DNA of 64,000 nucleotides from Selaginella moellendorffii (Eukaryota; Plantae; Lycopodiophyta): NCBI RefSeq assembly GCF_000143415.4, contig NW_003314331.1, positions 731,169 to 795,168 of the forward strand, read 5' to 3'. Shown piece by piece: positions 51,701 to 63,655 of this stretch (position 1 is its first letter; each line of letters starts with the position of its first letter). The notes under the pieces were generated by a model. It saw only the letters and a program-made list of their open reading frames with translations, ran no database searches and was not told where the DNA came from. The position numbers and the translations under genes were made by a program.

Positions 51701-52955
51701 GACTTCCTGAGCCGTTCGCTGCAGCACCGCAGCATCCGGCTCTTCCTCTTCTGACTCAGCCTCTACCTCTTCCGCAGCATCTCTAGCAGGAGTTTCCTCC
51801 TCTCGATTTGCCCGTCTAGAGGTTTCAGCATCATCAGCACGGTTCCGTTTCACCATCCCGCTAGCTGCATGCATGCCTCTATCAGTAACTAAACATGCAT
51901 ACAACGTTCTTACTGAATGGTGCAATCCAACTAATCCTACACAGGTCGCTTCGGATCTACTAGAAAAGTCTCTGCGTATGCAACTTGAGTCAGAAAATCC
52001 GACAAAAGTTGGATAGGAATCGCTGAGACAATTTCTCTGATACCAAATGTAGCGCACCTAAATTTGGAGCCGAACTCCAAGCCCGTTGCGCTACGAAACG
52101 AGGGTCCGGTACAATCCCACGAGCACTAGCTCCCCATATCCAGCACCTACACGCAAAATAGTGTCAGACGGAGTCTGGCACGATTTTGGCATACCGGTGG
52201 CCTAACGCGAGAAGGAGGGTACTCCACCGACTAGAGCAGCGTGGAGCTTGGGCTTAGACCCAAGCCGGACGCAAAACAAGGAGCGACACAGCCCAGCGGG
52301 AGCCAAACTAATGTCTCAGGTGGTCGGACATGCATTCCAACCACTATCCCTACTATACATTTGGAACCCCCCATAGCCCCCCCCCTTGAAGAACACACGC
52401 TTTGGGCTTTCACCCCAAACCTCCCTTAGTACCAGGAGTTAGTCTCTGGGACATTACTAAATATGAAATGTCCTTAGATTGCGAATTTGGACACGGGACG
52501 AACACCATTGTGTTCAGGCCGATCTCTACATTCCGTAGATATGCCAAATGAGCTAATCTAGACACTTTCCATAAATAGCATTTGGGACCGAAATGAGACC
52601 AACACAAAGGGCGTGATAGCGAGGGTGTTTGGCAGACACGGTAAGCTATCATCTAGCGATATTGAGGGACTAGTCTCAATATGCGAGGGTTCTTATCACT
52701 ATCCAGTGCAAGACATAACGAGACGGGAACTCCTTACCGGGCTAAGTATGCTTAGCTAATAGCACGTAGGAATTCCGTCCTTATGCTCGTCCGGTCTAAG
52801 TACACTCGGAATGCCCAGTTAACTCCACTAGCACAAGAGGGGCTACTAAAGGGATCCAACTGTACTGATCTCCTGCCGTCATGGCAGTAAGGAAAGAGTG
52901 TCCGTAAAGACCAGTCGACAAGTATCTTTCGATACCCGAAGTCACATTCGCGACA
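48718..52955. mobile_element. Element D: gypsy-derived element with inverted LTRs, inserted in B gag
   Basis: Left LTR 48718-49596 (+) followed by PBS TGGTATCAGAG. Right LTR 52955-52048 (-) followed by PBS. TSD CAGTT/CAGTC at 48713-48717 and 52956-52960. Confidence 0.9.
49628..51856 (-). CDS. Element D truncated gag-protease-RT(N-terminal) polyprotein
   Basis: Uninterrupted ORF from MVKRNRADD. Retrotransposon gag ([12 protein letters not shown]...AKTWW), [18 protein letters not shown], protease IDTGATHN, and RT start [26 protein letters not shown]...LDLRSGYH, then broken at about 49648. Confidence 0.88.
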
Positions 52956-53631
52956 CAGTCTGCTTCAGCCTACTCAGCTCATCTCTCAGATGCAGAGTGG
53001 CATTTGGAGGAACGTATGTTGCGCGGATCCTCGCCTTCATCATGTCCCAAGTGGCCACTGGTCCTTCGTTGACCTCCGTCGTTCTCCACCAAAACTTGGC
53101 ATTATCTGCCAAGTATGGTTTTGCACATAGGACCTTCTCTGAGCTCGGTAATCGCAACACTCGGAAGTAGTCCTCCATATCGTAAAACCAATCCTCCACC
53201 ACCTTATAGTCATTCACTCCCTTGAAGACCGGTGGGGGCTTTGGTTTATACTTGGGAACTGCCTGAGGGACTGATTTTACTTTAGTTTGTTCAACCTTGT
53301 TTGGTTCTGCCTCAGTCCCTGCCGAAGGGTCTGCACCTTCTGCACTGCCAGCATCCGCAGTCTTTCTCTTTTTCTTCCGTTTCTCATCACGCTTTAGCTT
53401 GCGTACGAGAGTCTCTAGCAGGGCATTGGTCTGTGCCAACTGTCCTTCTAGCACGTCCAATCGAGCCTTGGACAACCGAACCTCGCCACCGGACTCCTGT
53501 TTGGAAGTTTCCTCACTAAAGTCCTCCTCATGCAAGGATTCCTCATCCATAGCCTCTTGTTCAACCGAAGGCTCCAGCTCCGGCGGAGGTTCCGTCTCCG
53601 CCTGGGTTTGCTTACGCCCTGCCCTTGCCAT
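52956..53631 (-). pseudogene. Element B gag N-terminus
   Basis: MARAGRKQ...KPKPPPVFKG...EDWFYDMEDYF...AKFWW...LSRLKQT. Joins in frame to GTIQEYVNRF at 48717 once D is removed. Confidence 0.9.
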
Positions 53632-56120
53632 CTCCCAGCAATCCACCTTTATCCTTCGCTAGAACTGAGGAAAAGGCTCCAATACCAAATTGTAAGCCAC
53701 AAATTTTTCTTTTCCAATTTGCTAATTTACCTCGTCTATCCGACCAATGCTGCCTTGGCTTGTGCTAAGTTCCCTTGCCAAGGTTCTCGCCTATTGTACC
53801 AGCTTCTACTTGGTCTTCCTTGGTTTCAGCTACTCACTACACGAGCAACGGAGTGTTAGCCATCCATCTACGGATTCCCAAATTTCTCCCAATCCCCCTC
53901 CCTGGGTTAGACTGAACTTAAGGTTCGGCTACACTCCCCGTAGGCACAAGCAGCTAAGCACACCAAGCCTCCAGGTTCCTAACACCCCTTGGTACAACAA
54001 GATTTGATCATGGGACCCTCTAAATCCCAAGCCTTGGGTGCAGCACTTGCTTCGGGACGTCGGGGCGAAACACCGTGGCCTAACGGCCCGGTATGGGTAC
54101 CTCTACCCCCCCACTTCCATCCCGAAGGGAAGGCCCAAGCCCCTAGGAAGGGTGAGGACCAATGAGCCACAAGGTACTCAAGTGAGGCACCACTTCATAT
54201 GAGCCGAGAGCACTGCAGTTGGTTTCCCTTTCGGGAGTGGGAGTTGCTCTTGAACACTTCCTTGGGTGGCCCCTCCGGCACCACCCAAGCCCATGCTCAC
54301 TCCCACCCAAGGCCCCTCGGCCCCAGTCTCAACCTCAAGTCAGTTTAGAAGCACCACTAGAGAGTTCCTTCAAGACTGGTTCCTAGCCCTCACTATCCCT
54401 ACTATACTTTTGGAACCCCCTGCAAGCCCCCCCCCCCCCCCCCCCCCCCTTTGGGAGATGCACGCTTTGGGCTTTCACCCCTTGACCCGTATTAGTACTC
54501 GGACTTAGTCTCTGGCTTGATCTCGGACTCGATATCGGATCCGACTTCGGATTCGGTTCTCGGATTCGATCTCGGACTCGATCTCGGATTCGACTTCGGA
54601 TTTGGTCTCGGACTCGATCTCGGACTCGATCTCGGACCCGACCTCGGACTCGACCTCGGACTCGTTCTCGGACCCAATTTCGGATCTCGGACTCCGTCTC
54701 GAGCTTGGTCTCGAACTCGGTCTCGAACTCGGTCTCCGAGTCGGTCTCGGACTCGATTCCGGACTCCATCTTGAACTCGGTCTTAGAGTCGGTCTTGGAC
54801 TCGATCTTAGACTTGGTCCCATCCGATGAACTCTTTATCATTTTGGTCAAGCTTTCGGGGCTCCTTTAGCCTACGACACCTCGGCGAGTTGGTTCCTTAC
54901 AAGATCGTCCTGAACACAATGATGTTCATCCCGTGTCCAAATTCGCAATCTAGGGATATTCCATATTTAGTAAGTTTCGAGCTTGTCCCAGAGACTAACT
55001 CCTGATACTAAGGGAGGCTTGGGGTGAAAGCCCAAAACATGTGTTCCTCAAAGGGGAGGGGGGGGGGTGCTGTGGGGGGTTCCAAATGTATAATAGGGAT
55101 AGTGGGTAGGTCGGGCATGGCCGACCAATCTGAGGCATAGTCTAGCTCCCGCTTGCATGCCTGTCCTTGTTCTGTGTCCGGCTTAGGTCTAAGCCTAAGT
55201 TCCATTCCATGCTAGCTAGTGGAGTACCCATGTCCTCGCGTTAGGCCACCGGTATGCCGAAATAGCGCCAGACTCTGTTTGGCTCCGTTTTGCGTGCTAG
55301 TCCTGGCATTGGGATGCTGGTTGTTCCAGAATTGCTCCAAGTCGCTTCGGGCTCTTGTCCCTTCGCTCCTTGGGCTGTTTGCTCGGGAGTTGCTCCATGG
55401 CTCGGTTCCAGGAGTTTGGCACCATTCTTTCGTTCAGTGGCCCAAGGCCCTGAACTTCGGGTTCCGCACCACTGTCCTATGGACACGTGGCATGTGACAC
55501 GTGGCATCTATCACGTGGCACAAAGAGGGTTTAGGTTCCGCTTCGTGGTGTTATCCTATGGTAAATCACCAAAGGATAAAGGGTCAAAACCACGTGCACT
55601 ACAGTTGGTATCAGAGCAAATGGCACGGGTTTGATTCCCATTGATTAGTGGCTACTTAAAAATATAATATACCCTTGAGCAAGGTATATTCCTACCCCTA
55701 AATTTGAAATCGTATATATTGGACATCCATGCGTACGTCCTTTCTCTTATGTGGAGTATCCACGGACAAAGGTATCCACCGTAGGACTACGGTAGGGGTG
55801 GATGACTAGTTGCCTCACATGGAATAACTAGTCTACACAAAAGAAGGATTGGTGGATTCAGTGCGGAAATGGAGGTGTTGGTTCCCCTTGGCTCAGTAAG
55901 GGTTGATAGTCAATAGTCAATGAGGACATTGACATCTCTGAAGGGGGGGTGAGTGTAGTGTATGTGATAATGGGATGAGATTTGGATATACTGTCACTGT
56001 GGATCCTTGGAACCTTGGGGGATAAATAGGGATAAAATAGCCACTAAGGGTTCTTTCATCAAGCAATTGCCTCTTTTCCAGTTGGCTTAAGGGGAGAGAG
56101 ATAAGGTGCACTACACCTAG

Positions 56121-57950
56121 CTCTGCAAGACAAGCATGAATATATTCTTCGAGAGTGATACTTATGCAGGTGCTGGAAAGAAACTTCTCATCCCAGACTT
56201 GTAACATCTCCTCACTAGTGGCAATACTCTGAGAAATGTATGCCTTCTCTTTCATCACTTCCATCCTTATCTCACAATGTTTTGTCGTTGTTTCATAGCC
56301 AAGTGTTGAGAAGTTCCAAGCAAACGCTCTGTTCAGCAAAAGATATTTTACTCTTGGAGATGTTGTAAATGAGTTTTTTTAGTGCTTTACCAGTTCCTAC
56401 ACACACAAAAAGTTATGAAATGTTTCACAAATTTTAGACAAATTTACAAATGCAAGAATAAATTTCAACAATGCTATCAAGCCATTCTTGCCCACATCAT
56501 ATGTCTGCAATTTGGAGTAAATTTTTCACCTTTGTTCTCTTTGTATTCAAAATTCACTCCTCAATCATATGCCACTCCATCTTCTTCTGTTGCTCATCCC
56601 CTCAGACATTTTTAAAAAATGAGGTTCTTTCTCCTTTGATTATGGGCTGCAAGAAACATTATGCAAATTAATACATACTTCAACACTAATTTACCTTTGC
56701 CCAGACGGCAACTAAAAAATCAAGTGGTAGCTGGTACCAAGTTTACAATTCTTAGCCTTTCCTAGCTGCTATTTTCATTTGAATTACTTCAAATACCTCA
56801 CGATTGTACAATGTTTGGACCTCCTTTAGCGAGAGCATGCCGATAAACTGAAGGTGCTCAATGTCATGTACCAATGTATAAGCTTGAAACGCAAATTGGT
56901 TTAGCATGCAAAAACATGATATTGGCTAAGTTTACAAAAAATAAATTTTTATATGTTGATCTTATGGCATGCCATATTGAGCTTCACAATATGCTCCTGA
57001 GTCATTGGTTTGACAAGTGTGACTAGAACACTAATATGTCATTCTTTATCATCTCGGAACTTCTCTTGAATGCATTTGCAAAATACTAACCACTTATAGT
57101 TTCCATTGATCACCTAGAAGAGCTTTCCAATGAACCCTACTATCTCCACATATTGTTCTAAGAATCCATTAAACTCACGAGACTTTTGCAGCCATATAGG
57201 ATCCATTTTTGCTCAAGTTCAGTAGTCACTAGCTTTGTCTGGCTAGTTCTCGGGAAAGTTGGTGAAACAATGAAGGTACCAACTGTGCTCCCAAACCTAA
57301 CCTTGGCAAAGGAGCTATAAATAACTATGTTGAGATTATAAGCTAAGTGCACCCAATGGCTTTGAACCGACCAACACAAAAGAACCAGAAAATGATGAGG
57401 GCCATTCCACACCATTTCCTATAACACTTTACTGATTGTCTATTCTTGAGCTTGGATGATCATATCCTAAACACAATCATTCAAGATAGTATTAGAATCA
57501 TGTATGCATAATCCCTCACCACCACTAGCTCCCCCTGCACCACCAGCTTGAGAAGCAGTAGGAGCAACTACCATGCCCTCAGTAGATCCACTTACAATGC
57601 TACCAATAACCTCCTCAGCCGATTCATCTACCTCACCATGAGCAACCTCAACAACCAAAGGCACAACACCCCCACCACCACCAACATCAAATGCAAGTAC
57701 CCCACCACTAGTAGCTGCAGCCTCAAGAGCACTAGTACCAACAGCCTCAATAACACCAACATCGATTTGAGTGTCCATTTCAACATCCACATTATTGTTA
57801 TGTTCTTTGTTGCCTCTAACATGACTAGCAGAAACTTCATTGGATATTTGAGATGAATCTCCACTCAATTGGCCAAGCCCACAACAATCAAAGTGGCTAC
57901 CTTTTCCTAAAAACCGAGACCATTGAGGTTAGCCTCGACGCTTCCTCTAA
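56121..57950 (-). pseudogene. 5' part of the unidentified gene interrupted by element A
   Basis: The exon LNRAFAWNFSTLG...HACLAELG reads through the TSD into NGWLPHGGMSSAEF at 23735. Upstream low-complexity ORF at 57467-57868. Stops present. Confidence 0.5.
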
Positions 57951-58153
57951 AATAAAAAGCAAAAATACTATAATATCTAATTTTTAATGTAAAACAAATC
58001 TGTGGCATTTTTAAGTTGAAGTCCCTTGTTGGAAGTTTTAGGTAGTCAAGCTTGATTTATATCTACTCTCACAAGAAAAATTTGTAAGTAAAAGATGTGA
58101 AAGATAAATTGTAAACTACAAGAAATGCAAAGAAAAAAAGCACATGTCATTGG

Positions 58154-58688
58154 GAGAGGTTGGTTCGCAAGAGAACCGACCTCACCCTACCTCTAAAGAA
58201 AAAAGAAAAACACAACAAAAATATAGGAGAGGTTGGTTTGCACAAAAACTAACATCTTCCACCCTCTTATTTTCACATGAAATGCCCTATCAAATCATTA
58301 AAATCAAGAAAAAACCTTGAAGATGTCAGTTTACATAAGAACCAACATTTTTATCTCTCTATATTTTCTAAAATATAGAGATCTCTTCACTAGAAACATG
58401 AAAAAAACCAAGAAAGCTCGTGTCTAGAAAAAATGAAGATGGGGAGATGTCGGTTTGCACACGAAGTGATCTTTCCCACCCCTTCAACAAGGAAAAAAAA
58501 TCAAAACAACGAGGTAAAGATGGGCAAAAAACTAAACAGAAAATGAAATAGAATGTTAGGAGATGTTAGTTTACATAAGAACTAACATCTCTATCCCTCA
58601 AGAGAAAATAAAAGTTGAGAAAAGAGAAAACCTTTCATGGAAGAAAGAAAGTGAGGAGACATTGGCTCATGCACAAACTAATCTTCTC
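58154..58688. repeat. Six dispersed copies of a ~30-bp imperfect palindrome
   Basis: GAGA(G/T)GT(T/C)(G/A)GTT...AAC(C/T)(A/G)AC(A/C)TC at about 58154, 58227, 58320, 58443, 58559 and 58655. Confidence 0.75.
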
Positions 58689-59075
58689 AAAGAAGAATAC
58701 CTTATTTGAGAAGTGTCTTGAAGCATATTATAAGGTTGAAGCGCCTTTTTCTCACCCTTCCCTGCTCAAACACACCTTTCTTTCGCCCTTTGCTGCTCAA
58801 ACCTTAGGCGTAAAACTCTAAAAATTAACAGACATGATCAACAGTTGCAATCAATAGTCATGATTTTCATTTTCTTTGATGGCGATCAATGGACACAATC
58901 ATTCAATGCTTTAGATATTAAGATATGTGTAATTGATTGTGAAAGGAATAATATTGTTAAAATGAATGTGGTTATGAGTGAGAAGTATTAGTCAATAACA
59001 AAAGTTATAACATTGATTGTTTGTTCTCCCTCTCATATCCATGCTCTCTTCCCTTCAAGAGGGCGCGGACCATAC

Positions 59076-59131
59076 TTGAGCTCACGAGTTGAAGAGTTGA
59101 GCTCACGAGTTGAGCTCACGAGTTGAGCTCA
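59076..59131. repeat. 13-bp tandem repeat GAGTTGAGCTCAC
   Basis: About 3.5 copies with one short interruption. Confidence 0.85.
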
Positions 59132-60159
59132 ATTTTCAATTGTAATTTAGTACAAACATTATAAATTTTAAAATTTTAAGGTTATGGCGAACCTAATAAT
59201 TTAATAACTCTCTATATATTATATAGATAAAAATGTTCTAAAGAACACTTTTTGTTCTAATAATTTAAATATTTACTACATGCAATGATAGGAACATTTG
59301 TTAGAACATAAAATAAAATGTTTGCAAAAAGAGTATTCTTGTCACTTCTTTAAATTTGTACTCTATGCTTTCTAGCTAGTAAATGTTAGGTTTGTCAGAA
59401 TTAAAAAATTATTAAATTTGAAATAAGATTCTATGTGAAGCCATATAACCGTTTGAAAGGAAAAAAAATAACCATTGATGTAAGCTTATTGCATATAAAA
59501 GAAAGACTTGGTTCTTTGTAGAATACATTCTTGAGGGGTTTGTCGTAGCATACTGTCTAGAATTTATAGATCTTCATTCACACTCTCATTCGAAAAAAGG
59601 GAAATACACCTACAAATGTCTATGGGTTCTAGTGTTGGTAATTTTAACTCTCACAATCTTTTTTCCTAGGGCTCAAGGGCTAGGAGATGCAATAACTATC
59701 CCATTGCACAGCATAACTAAATCACACAAGAGAATGAAAGAGAGGATAGTGAGGATAGTGATCATGAGTTGGAGATAAATGCAATGACAGAGGGTGCAAC
59801 AAATTGGGTGAAAAAGAATGCCCTTTTACTTGTTTTAGAAAAGTGCAATTCTGCCACTTTCAAAAAGTGCCCCATATGTTTTCTAGCGTCTGGTGGAAAC
59901 AATGGCAATGATCAGTATGATGGTATATATGCTCTTGCAACACACTGCAACATCACGCACCCGAAAGACTACCATGAAATCTTTTTTGAGATGGTAAAGA
60001 CAGAAATGGAGACACACGAGTACTATGGGCAGTATTGCGAGAAGAACACTCGGAAGCATATAAAATGAAAAGTGAAATGAAAAAGCACATTTGTATTAAT
60101 TATATAAAGTATAATAAGTTTTATTGATAAAGAATAAACATCGATAGTGTTGGAGAAAT

Positions 60160-63100
60160 CTAATTAGCTCCAAAAGTTTTCTGCAACTCAGCAATAGTAA
60201 GGCTTGCTTGGTGTATATGAATATCCACTTTAGGATCCTGGTGCAAGATGTTGATGAAGATGTAGTATATATGCTTGCAAGGAGCATATGCCTTCCCATG
60301 TTCCTCACGCTTCGTAAAGTCTAGACATGTGCAAGAAGGAAAGTCGTGAATGGCAATTGTGTACTCTCCACCTTCTGTTTTGACTATGTACTCCTTTGCA
60401 AGTGTAGTGATGTACTTCGTGGAGAGAATCTCACACTCAAGTGTTTGAGTCAAGTTTATTTTACCTTGCTTCTGCTTGGAGACGGTACCAATAAATTTAA
60501 TTGCCTTACCTTTTCATGCTGGCCTCCTGTGCATCTCTGTAGGAATAGTTCTGCTCCTGTCACTCATGTCTCCAACTCTCCTCTCAAGATTAAAACCAGA
60601 TTTCTCAAGGTTTTCAATCTCATCCGAGGTGAGCGCGACCCCATTAGCAACCGGCATTCTTTAGGTACTGCATCAGGTTTAGTCACTATAGTGTCTTCAA
60701 GCCGCTTCGTATGGTTGGCGTCGGTGTTGCAACAATATAGCCAGCACTATCTTGAAAATCCTACTTGCTTTCGTTCCCCATAGAAACATGGGGCTGGAAC
60801 AGAAGCAGACTTTTCACCACGAATCCAGGCCCAACACTTGCCCCTCGGAAGCATCCCCACACACCTTACATTCGATTTTGCTGGCACGTGTCGGATTGCC
60901 CATTGCTTCGGCTCCACGCTACAGTAAGTAATTTCAACCTATTGCGATGCACTCTCTTCATCAGCCACTTAAGGTGGCTCGGTCCGAGAGCGGTGTCTTG
61001 GAGCAGAATGGTACTCGACATCAGGCCTGTGAGAGCTTTTTGCTCCAAGGTCCGTACTAACATCTTCCCCAGCAAAGGAAAAACGACACTTTGAGTGGAC
61101 AGTCTTCATATCACCAATAGAAGCTCGGGGAGTGTACTCCATAGATGTGCCACGGATCACTTCCTCAACTGCAGTTGCCACTGTTCGGGCGGGTGGAGTT
61201 AATTTTCTCTTCATCCTATCATGTAACATCTCAACAGAAGGCCCTGTTCCCATGTATCTTCCTTCCTCGAATGCCAGTGCTTTTGAAGATTGCTCTATAA
61301 CACGTATCAAATTTGATAGACAGGCTTCGTATAGACTCATCTTCCCTTTCCCTGCCTCAGAGGAACGCCAACTCCAATGCTTACTTTCAGAGAGATTCAC
61401 AATTGGGGTGTATGCGAGGTCTTCAAGTGGTTGATTCTAATGGAAAAGGCAATATTAAAAGGTAATAAAAGGAAAAGAAAAAATATAAACCAACCTGAAA
61501 AGAGTGATGTCCCCATTGGAACATCCTAACTTCCCACCATCCTAACCATGACTCAAGTTGTGGTAGGAAACTTACGTCTGTATGGCCATCTTCACGCCAC
61601 CACATTCGGATCTCGTTTGCTTTTGCCTCATGCTCTTCTTCAGAAGGTGCAACCTGCCATTGTTTGCACAACTCCTTAAATATTGATTGAAACTCTGGCT
61701 TGATAAGGTGGCAGTGCTGGTTTAGGCTTTGAGCCCAATGGAACTCACAAGTCCTCTCACGACCTTCCAATGGTTAACCATTCCCAAAAACTGCTCGGAT
61801 ACCATTCCAGTTTGCACCAGCCCCATCTACCATGAAACCACGAAAGTTTGCAGGCTTACCAGTCCGCTTTAGGACAATATCAGAGAGGGACTTCCAAAAT
61901 ATTTCCTGTGCTGTCTGGTCTTGTACTTTAAACTCTGCTGTCGCAATTGTTAAGTTACAACATAGCCTATGAAAACATAAATATTATAACAATTTCAATA
62001 TAATGAGAATAAAAATTACCTTGGATCATACACATGAGCTCCCATGGTTGTCCAACCGGATACATGCTCCATATGGTCAAAATGTACCCATGCATTTGCA
62101 AGGTCACTGGACCCAAACATGTCCATTCGGGAGACAAGATCTACACCAGAGGCAAGGCCCATGGTAGACATTTTTAAGACGAAGAGGCGCTCTTGCTCAT
62201 TCACAACTTGGTCTGGAAACAAACTTCCGTGGATGAACTCGTATGGACAAGTCCGTTTCAATTCAAGGATAGAGTCAATTTTTGATTGCAACTTCCCCTT
62301 TCGAGATTCACACATCCAAGATTTTATCCTAAACAATATAATGTAAGAAAAAATTATTATTATAACGTATGAAAAATAACAGATGTACCTCCTTAGGCTA
62401 GTAGCAAGTTGTACTCCTCGTAGTAAGTCCCGCAAGCTAGCCTCGTTTAGTTGAGTCTTTTGGCAATCTAGATTGAGTAAGGTATTTGCGATAAAATCCT
62501 TGAGGACGGTCTTCTAAACATGCTTCGGAGTTGCAAATGAGTTTCTCATAGTCTCTTCCTGTACAACATCTTTGAAACGGTTGAGAGAACTCCTTTATAT
62601 CCCTTCCTGCATTGGATGCATATGTGTGCCAACATGCACTGCAACTCTTCCAGCCACTCCATCCCGTGGAAGAAAGTAGTACATCTTGGCCTCGCAGATA
62701 GCACGATATAGAGGAGCATTTTTGCAGAATCAACATTTGAATCCAACAGCAATGGTGTCACAGGCTGGAGGATTGACTGCAGACCCTTCAAAAAATATAG
62801 AGTTTCTAGAGTGGTCTCGATTGCATGTTTCATCCACACAATCTAAATGCCCGCCACAATGAACTATAGACACTGTGCCTTCAAAATGTTGGAAGTGTGT
62901 GGTCTTGATCTTGCACCAATTGTGGACATCCTGCTTGGTTTCCATCCCCTTCCATTTGGAACCTGTGCTACTGACAAGAGGTGGTAGCTCGAAGAAAATG
63001 TTGCCGTTGTAGGAGGATGGAATCTCACTCACAAGTCTATACAAAAACAAGTGCACGTCGATTGAGAGGCGTGAAAACTAGAAAGCATTGCTAACGGCTT

Positions 63101-63242
63101 TGAATATTGCTGAAGTTGGAGCTGGAGCTGGTGAATTTGGCGCTGACACTAACATGACATCTCCACTTGAACTAGAAAAGGACAAGAGGATAACGACTGA
63201 CTCTTGCTTCACATTCACTTTTGCTGGAGCGCATTTTGGCAT
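60160..63242 (-). pseudogene. Decayed Mutator-like (MULE) DDE transposase with C-terminal SWIM zinc finger, intron-containing
   Basis: WVHFDH...GWTTMGAHVYD, FRGFMVDGAGANW, CxxH (TCEFHW), TNLSESKH, and SWIM FPSCTCLDF...PCKHIYYI. Cys/His-rich N-terminal domain. Stops and frameshifts present. Confidence 0.75.
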
Positions 63243-63555
63243 TTTGACTAGAGATCCGAACACTCGAATCTCCTTCGACTTGGAATTTTGTAAATCCCAT
63301 TGTTGTCCACCCTCGCCCACACCAAAAAGAAGAAACTCCGAGTATGCAACTATACCGGTGTTGTTGCGGATCACAGCCTCTAAAGAAATAGAGCCAAGAC
63401 GAAGATCAAAACGCCGACATAAAAAACTTTCAGAAACAATACTTTGAGAGAATGAAAGAGGTGGGTGATCTCGAAAATGAAGAAGAAACCTCTCCATCCT
63501 TCTCAATAGGTTTTGGAGTTCTCTCTCTTTATGCTACTTGTAAAAATCTATAGTG

Positions 63556-63655
63556 NNNNNNNNNNNNNNNNNNNNNNNNNNNNNNNNNNNNNNNNNNNNN
63601 NNNNNNNNNNNNNNNNNNNNNNNNNNNNNNNNNNNNNNNNNNNNNNNNNNNNNNN
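63556..63655. other. Assembly gap (N run)
   Basis: Run of N. Confidence 1.

Larger units (their letters stand above)
30724..54901 (-). mobile_element. Element B: Ty3/gypsy chromovirus LTR retrotransposon (defective), inserted in the 3' LTR of A
   Basis: TSD AGATC at 30719-30723 and 54902-54906. LTRs 30724-31879 and 53691-54901 (TGTAAGCC...CCTTACA). Minus-strand PBS TGGTATTGGAGC at about 53676-53687. PPT ATGGGTGGTGGAGT next to 31879. gag-pol on the minus strand. Confidence 0.93.
23741..56115 (+). mobile_element. Element A: non-autonomous (LARD-like) gypsy-type LTR retroelement, carrying nested elements B, C and D
   Basis: TSD CCTAG at 23736-23740 and 56116-56120. 5' LTR 23741-25301 (TGTCGCG...GCTACA). 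PBS TGGTATCA at about 25304. About 5 kb ORF-less internal region. PPT AGTGGGGGAGAG ends at 30290. 3' LTR is split into 30291-30723 and 54907-56115. Confidence 0.9.

Noticed and set aside
48718-52955. DIRS element or DNA transposon with long TIRs
   Set aside because: The arms are TG...CA LTRs each followed by a PBS and are homologous to A's direct LTRs. The ORF is gypsy gag-protease-RT, with no tyrosine recombinase or transposase.
58154-58688. CRISPR-like appearance of spaced palindromes
   Set aside because: Eukaryotic context, degenerate repeats, irregular low-complexity spacers and no cas genes.
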